Source: the human T2T-CHM13v2.0 reference genome, Homo sapiens
Strand: one strand, 5' to 3'
Assembly: GCF_009914755.1 (NCBI RefSeq)
Contig: NC_060937.1
DNA: 64,000 bases
Part shown: in pieces, positions 59,051 to 64,000 of the stretch
Layout: every line of letters begins with the position of its first letter
How positions within the stretch are numbered: position 1 is the first letter of the stretch
Position numbers and translations under genes: made by a program
Notes under the pieces: model-generated
Database searches by the model: none
What the model was told of the DNA's origin: nothing
Seen by the model: the letters and a program-made list of their open reading frames with translations, nothing else

Positions 59051-60629
59051 AGCTTTTTTGTTTTCAATCATTTTTCAATAGGTTATCAGTGTTGTGAATG
59101 GTTCATGAAAAATGACTTTGGGCTCAGTGAGTAACTGAAATGTTGTTGCTTAATAGTGTGTTTAATATTAATATAATAGTAACAAATGTTGTTATTGTTG
59201 AGTAATACTTATTTGGCTTTTCACTGCTTTTCTTTTCTAGTGTTTTAGTCAGAGACTTCTTAAGTCTCCTCAAGTGTGTACACATTTCTTAAATTTGTTG
59301 GAAAGTACCAAATTTAAGATATCTTGCATTTTTTTCTTCCTTAGTAAACACTAAATTCCATCACGCAGCAGAAAAAGGGCTCTGTTATTGTTGGCACAAT
59401 GGCTTAATATTCACTTTTATTCCCTGTATCGTAGTTCTGATATAATTGCTATTTAGAATAAAACTTGTTCCTTATTATATGCATTCGTAATTATAAAATT
59501 TGTGTTTTAATGCCTTCTACACATATACTGTGCTTTTCTTTATTTCCTTATATCTCTTACTGTTTCATGATCCTGGTATTTGAATTCTCATTAAGTGTTC
59601 TTTGGGGATTTGCTGGGAATGTCATCTACATAGTAATGTCTCAAGTTTGTAGCATCTTTAAAACATAATAGGAGATGGAATTCACGGCAGAGTAATAACC
59701 CTCCCACTTTAGGCAATGTATTTGTGATTGGTATGACTTTGTTCCCAGAGGGCAGTTAGCAACACAATATTAAGGCTATGTGTACAAGGAAAACAAATTT
59801 TAAAAATCTCCTTTAAAAAAAAACAGTTCCCGATCCTAACCAGTATCATGCACAGAATCCGTTTCCACCTCTTCATATGGAAGCAGCTCTGGGTGGACAT
59901 CTAGAAAGTTGGATAACTATTTATCACATATGATCTGTAAAGGGAGAGATTTACAAGAAAGTGTTAAATTTAATCCATAGGAAAGCAAAATCAAAAATCA
60001 ATGAATTTTCCATTTGTAGTTTTCCCTAGGGGCTCCACTCTCTAGATGGCTTAAATGCGTTAGAATTAAATGACTAGGCACAATTGTTTGTTAGTGACAT
60101 AAAAGCAAGGTAAGCATTTCTGCTTTATGAGTCCAAGCACAGGGACACTTGATTTTCTTTGGAAGGATATCATAAAGGCAATGTTTATGAGTAATCCCTC
60201 ATTGTCTTTCCTTCTGTAGCATTCAATGGTATGTAATATAATTTAGAAATGAAAACTACTTAAAGACCACTTGCTAAGTTTCATGTATTTCAAATTCTCA
60301 GATCCTGAGTGTTTAAATATGCCTATATTTCTTCATGAAAAAAACATAATCTTTGCCAAGTTAGAAAAAGAAAGTCATATTCCCATTTTTCACTCAATGT
60401 AATCAGAAATTTGGACAGTTTTTAGCCTTCAATACATTATGTAATTTAGGTAACAGGCTGAATAAAAGTAAGGAACTTCAGTTAAATTCAGAGAGAAGCT
60501 AGTAATTATTTCTAAGACTCGAATGTATAGAACAGATTTCTGATATTAAGGATAAGACCCTCAAAGGTGACCCAAAATGGGTAATTGTGGGATTATTTTG
60601 GGAGAAATCATCATAGATTCTTACTGCTA

Positions 60630-61000
60630 TAAATACAGTCAAATGTCAGATAAATATACTCCACTGAAATGTTTTCTAGGAATGATGTTGGAACCAATGT
60701 TGGTAAATTTGAAAGTCATGGAGAGGATTTCAGATGATAGAAGTCGGGCAACTATCCCAGGTTTAAGAAATAAGCAAATGGTGACTTCCAAAAATGCTGT
60801 ATCAATGAGCCTCACATTGATCCTGAGCACAATTTCAGGAAGGTCCATTAAATGGGTCTTTGGAGAGCACTTAGGATAAAAGGCTGGCAGCAGGGATTCA
60901 CTAAGACCAATGGTGCCAAGCTTGCCTCTTTGACATTGTTATCTGACTGATAAAGGTAGGCTATAGTGGTACACAATACAGATATTTCCAGGGTAAAGCT
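60630..61000 (+). mobile_element. L3/CR1 reverse-transcriptase fossil
   Basis: Translation ISDDRSRATIPG...KNAVSMSLTLILSTISGRSIKWVFGEHL then GWQQGFTKT aligns by eye with the CR1 RT motif string PEDWRRANVPIFK..GNYRPVSLTSIPGKILE.IIK...EHL..SQHGFTK. Confidence 0.65.
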
Positions 61001-62828
61001 GTTGAGCTGCTGTAATTTTCCTTGCCTCTTCACTATCTTCTCCTATAGTTGACTCCCAAGGAAAAGATAGTTGACTTTTAATCTAGAAATGTATGTTAAT
61101 TGGCAAAAACAAAAAAATGAAACCAAAAACTATCCTTTAGGCTTCTCTCTGCTCAGTTATTAGATCATATTAATGTGCCCTTAGGAAACACAGAAGGCCC
61201 ACACTATTATAGAGACAAATTTCTTACATTCTCTGCTGTTTAATGCTCTTCAAAAGACTTACCATACTTCGCTAATTTGATTACCAACTACTTGAACACA
61301 GGGACCAATGTGCTTATTAAAAATTTTGCATATTATGAGGACACTAACTTTTAAGTATTCGATTGTTAAGACAATGCATGTTATTATAAACCATAGAAGG
61401 CACACTTATTACCTCCTTAAGAACCAGTCTCTATTTCTCTGGTTCATAGAACTCCAAGGTCATAGAGGGATTGGACATTTGTGTCTTCAATTGGCCCTCT
61501 TCAGCCCTAGGATAAATAGTGATTAATCTAAGTCAATGGTTTTCGGCTCTGTCTGACCCAATGCCTCTACTTCATAAGAAATTCTTCAAAGACCCCTTCA
61601 TTATTCTAAACTATTAGTGAGAACACAATGTATGCATTCAAGTTGTTGAAAATATTAATGTTATGCTGAAGCTAACAAAGGAGAAATAATTTACTGTCAA
61701 TATATGATCCAAAATGTATATAATTGTGCCAGAACATTTACATATCAAATACAATAGAACATAATGAAATTTTCATATCTTCGCCCATACCTTGAAACAT
61801 TGTAAATAAAAAGCTACAAATATAGTTTCATTGAATAACCAAATGCCAAAACTGCCATTTCTGTTTTTGACATGATTGATCTGCATTGGTAAATGTAATA
61901 GATACTTTCTGTTTGGCCCTTGTCCCCTGTTATACTCCCCTATTTACTGGCTTTTGTCCAAGTGGAATGGTCCATATTGAATATCTCAATCTGTTCCCTT
62001 GCTCATTGCCTTCTATGCATGTTCATGAGATTAAAGGGAAGGAGGAAATGGGATTGGGGGTTATTGCCTAAACTCCCTCTCTGCTAGGTCTCCTTGACCA
62101 ATCTTTTTCATAAGAAAATTAGTGTTTCCTTGCGTGATCAGGGAAGTTTACTCCCCAGAACTCTGCCTGCTGCTACTAACCCAGAGTTATTGTGGGGTGT
62201 GATTTCTGTGATTCCTTCACCCTTCTCCCCTGACATTTTCGTAAGTAGTCTCTTTGGAAATAAACCCATGTTAAATTATCTTAGTTTGAGTGTGTTCTGT
62301 TTTTCCTATTGAGACTCTGAAATGAGTATCTAAATGAAAAAACCTATCATCTTTTCTCATATACATAGTAGTTTCATTCTTGCAAAATTCATGGCATATT
62401 AAAACCATGCAAAAGTACTTGGCACTTAGGCAGTTACATTTGGGATTGTATAATTAAACAAAGCAGGTTATTCACCTTCATTACATTAGAAAGTCATTCA
62501 GGACATACAGCAATCCTTAATTAGGAACGGCTATCCCATGTTACTGGACATACGGCATCCCTGTTTTCCAATCCTTAAAGTTTTTCCTTAAAGTTCCAAA
62601 ATGCCATCACTTATTATTTCCTGCCATTGGATTTTGTCACATGAAGTTGTAAGGCTGGGAATGCCATAGCCATCTTGAAAACATAGGTAGAAAGATAAGA
62701 GAATCACAAAGTGGATCATGTTGAATTAACTAAGCATTGATACCATCTATTTGTTGTGCGATTTGGTAAAAGTTGCTCCTTGTTTTTTTCTTTAATTAGT
62801 TGACTATTCTGTTACTTGAAGCTAAAAA

Positions 62829-63147
<319 letters not shown>

Positions 63148-63249
63148 AAAAACATTTTAACCAATAGCAAAGCACATTATTTCATTACATTTTTTCAAAA
63201 GTTGCCAGTAATTTCAATTAAAAATATATATAACATGTTTAATGCAATA

Positions 63250-63594
63250 CAAATGCTTTTCAATGTACAATGGGGTTAAGTCTTGATAAGCTGATTATAA
63301 ATTGAAAATACAGTAAGTTAAAAATGTATTTAATACCTAACTTACTGAATATCACAGCTTAGCCTGGCATACATTTAATGTGCTCAGGACACTTACATCA
63401 GCTGACAATTGGGCAAAATCATTGAATACAAAACCCACTTTATAATAAAGTATTGGATATTTTATGTAATTTGTTGAATATTGTACTGAAAGTGAAAAGC
63501 AGAATGGTTATCTTCTATTCAAAGCTATCACTTTTGCTTCATCATAAAGTAAAAAAAATCATAAATTGAACCATTATAATTTGTTGACCATCTG
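63250..63594. mobile_element. MER47A (Tigger-family) DNA transposon fossil
   Basis: Resembles recalled MER47A: ta|caaatgct...atggggtt...ttgggcaaaatcat...tgtactgaaagtgaaaa...accatctg. Confidence 0.85.
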
Positions 63595-63715
63595 TGTATA
63601 TGTATGTGTGTGTGTACCTATATAAACATGTATGTTTATATATATATTTGTGTGTATATATCCTCGGTGTGTGGGTATGTGTGTTTGAGAGTGTGTTTGT
63701 GTGTGTGTGTGTATG
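63595..63715. repeat. Compound (TG)/(TA) simple repeat
   Basis: Seen directly in the sequence. Confidence 0.9.
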
Positions 63716-64000
63716 AAATTGTAGGAAAGTAAAATTTCTTATCTTATAGATATAGCATGTTAACATGTTGGTACCTATCTTCCTGAGATGTAAAATTTTA
63801 CATGGATAGATGTGTACATTTACTGTTGTACACAAAGAGAAACATATTCTGTAGGCTCTTTGTTTTTCTGTAATTTCATTCAACACTATCTTGTTTATAT
63901 GGATGATTACATATATAATGCTAGGATGAAGGTTCTTCTCTATAACTTTGAAACTTCCTTGATTATCAACCCTTGGTATATTCTTAGAATAGGATTTTAT

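Overview
Primate (human or great-ape-like) genomic DNA, mostly interspersed repeats, with no complete intact protein-coding gene. The one genic module is on the minus strand: a CpG-island promoter (~11.4-11.96 kb) with ETS/CRE, YY1, NRF1 and ZNF143 motifs, a first exon (~11825-11631), a candidate 219-nt cassette exon, and a 59-nt exon encoding MFPVSSGCFQEQQETNKSL. From memory, that peptide is a near match to the N-terminus of KRAB zinc-finger protein ZNF717. This is therefore probably a ZNF717 paralogue in a 3p12.3-derived segmental duplication; the KRAB and zinc-finger exons would lie left of the window. Its intron holds a decayed L1PA2/3, a MER57-type ERV carrying an 11x35-bp CRE/ETS-like minisatellite, and a solo LTR. 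The 14-41 kb region is a deep retroelement nest: an L1MA, a MER52-type ERV, a both-ends-intact L1PA7/8 with a deleted 5'UTR, many Alus, and an HML-3 (MER9) provirus inserted into the dUTPase gene of an HML-1 (LTR14A-like) provirus. The 41-64 kb region is AT-rich, with old L1/L2/L3/MIR/Tigger fossils and a few isolated exon-like signals. I found no convincing novel biological system; the findings are regulatory and evolutionary curiosities. Repeat subfamily names are from recalled consensus sequences and need RepeatMasker/Dfam confirmation.
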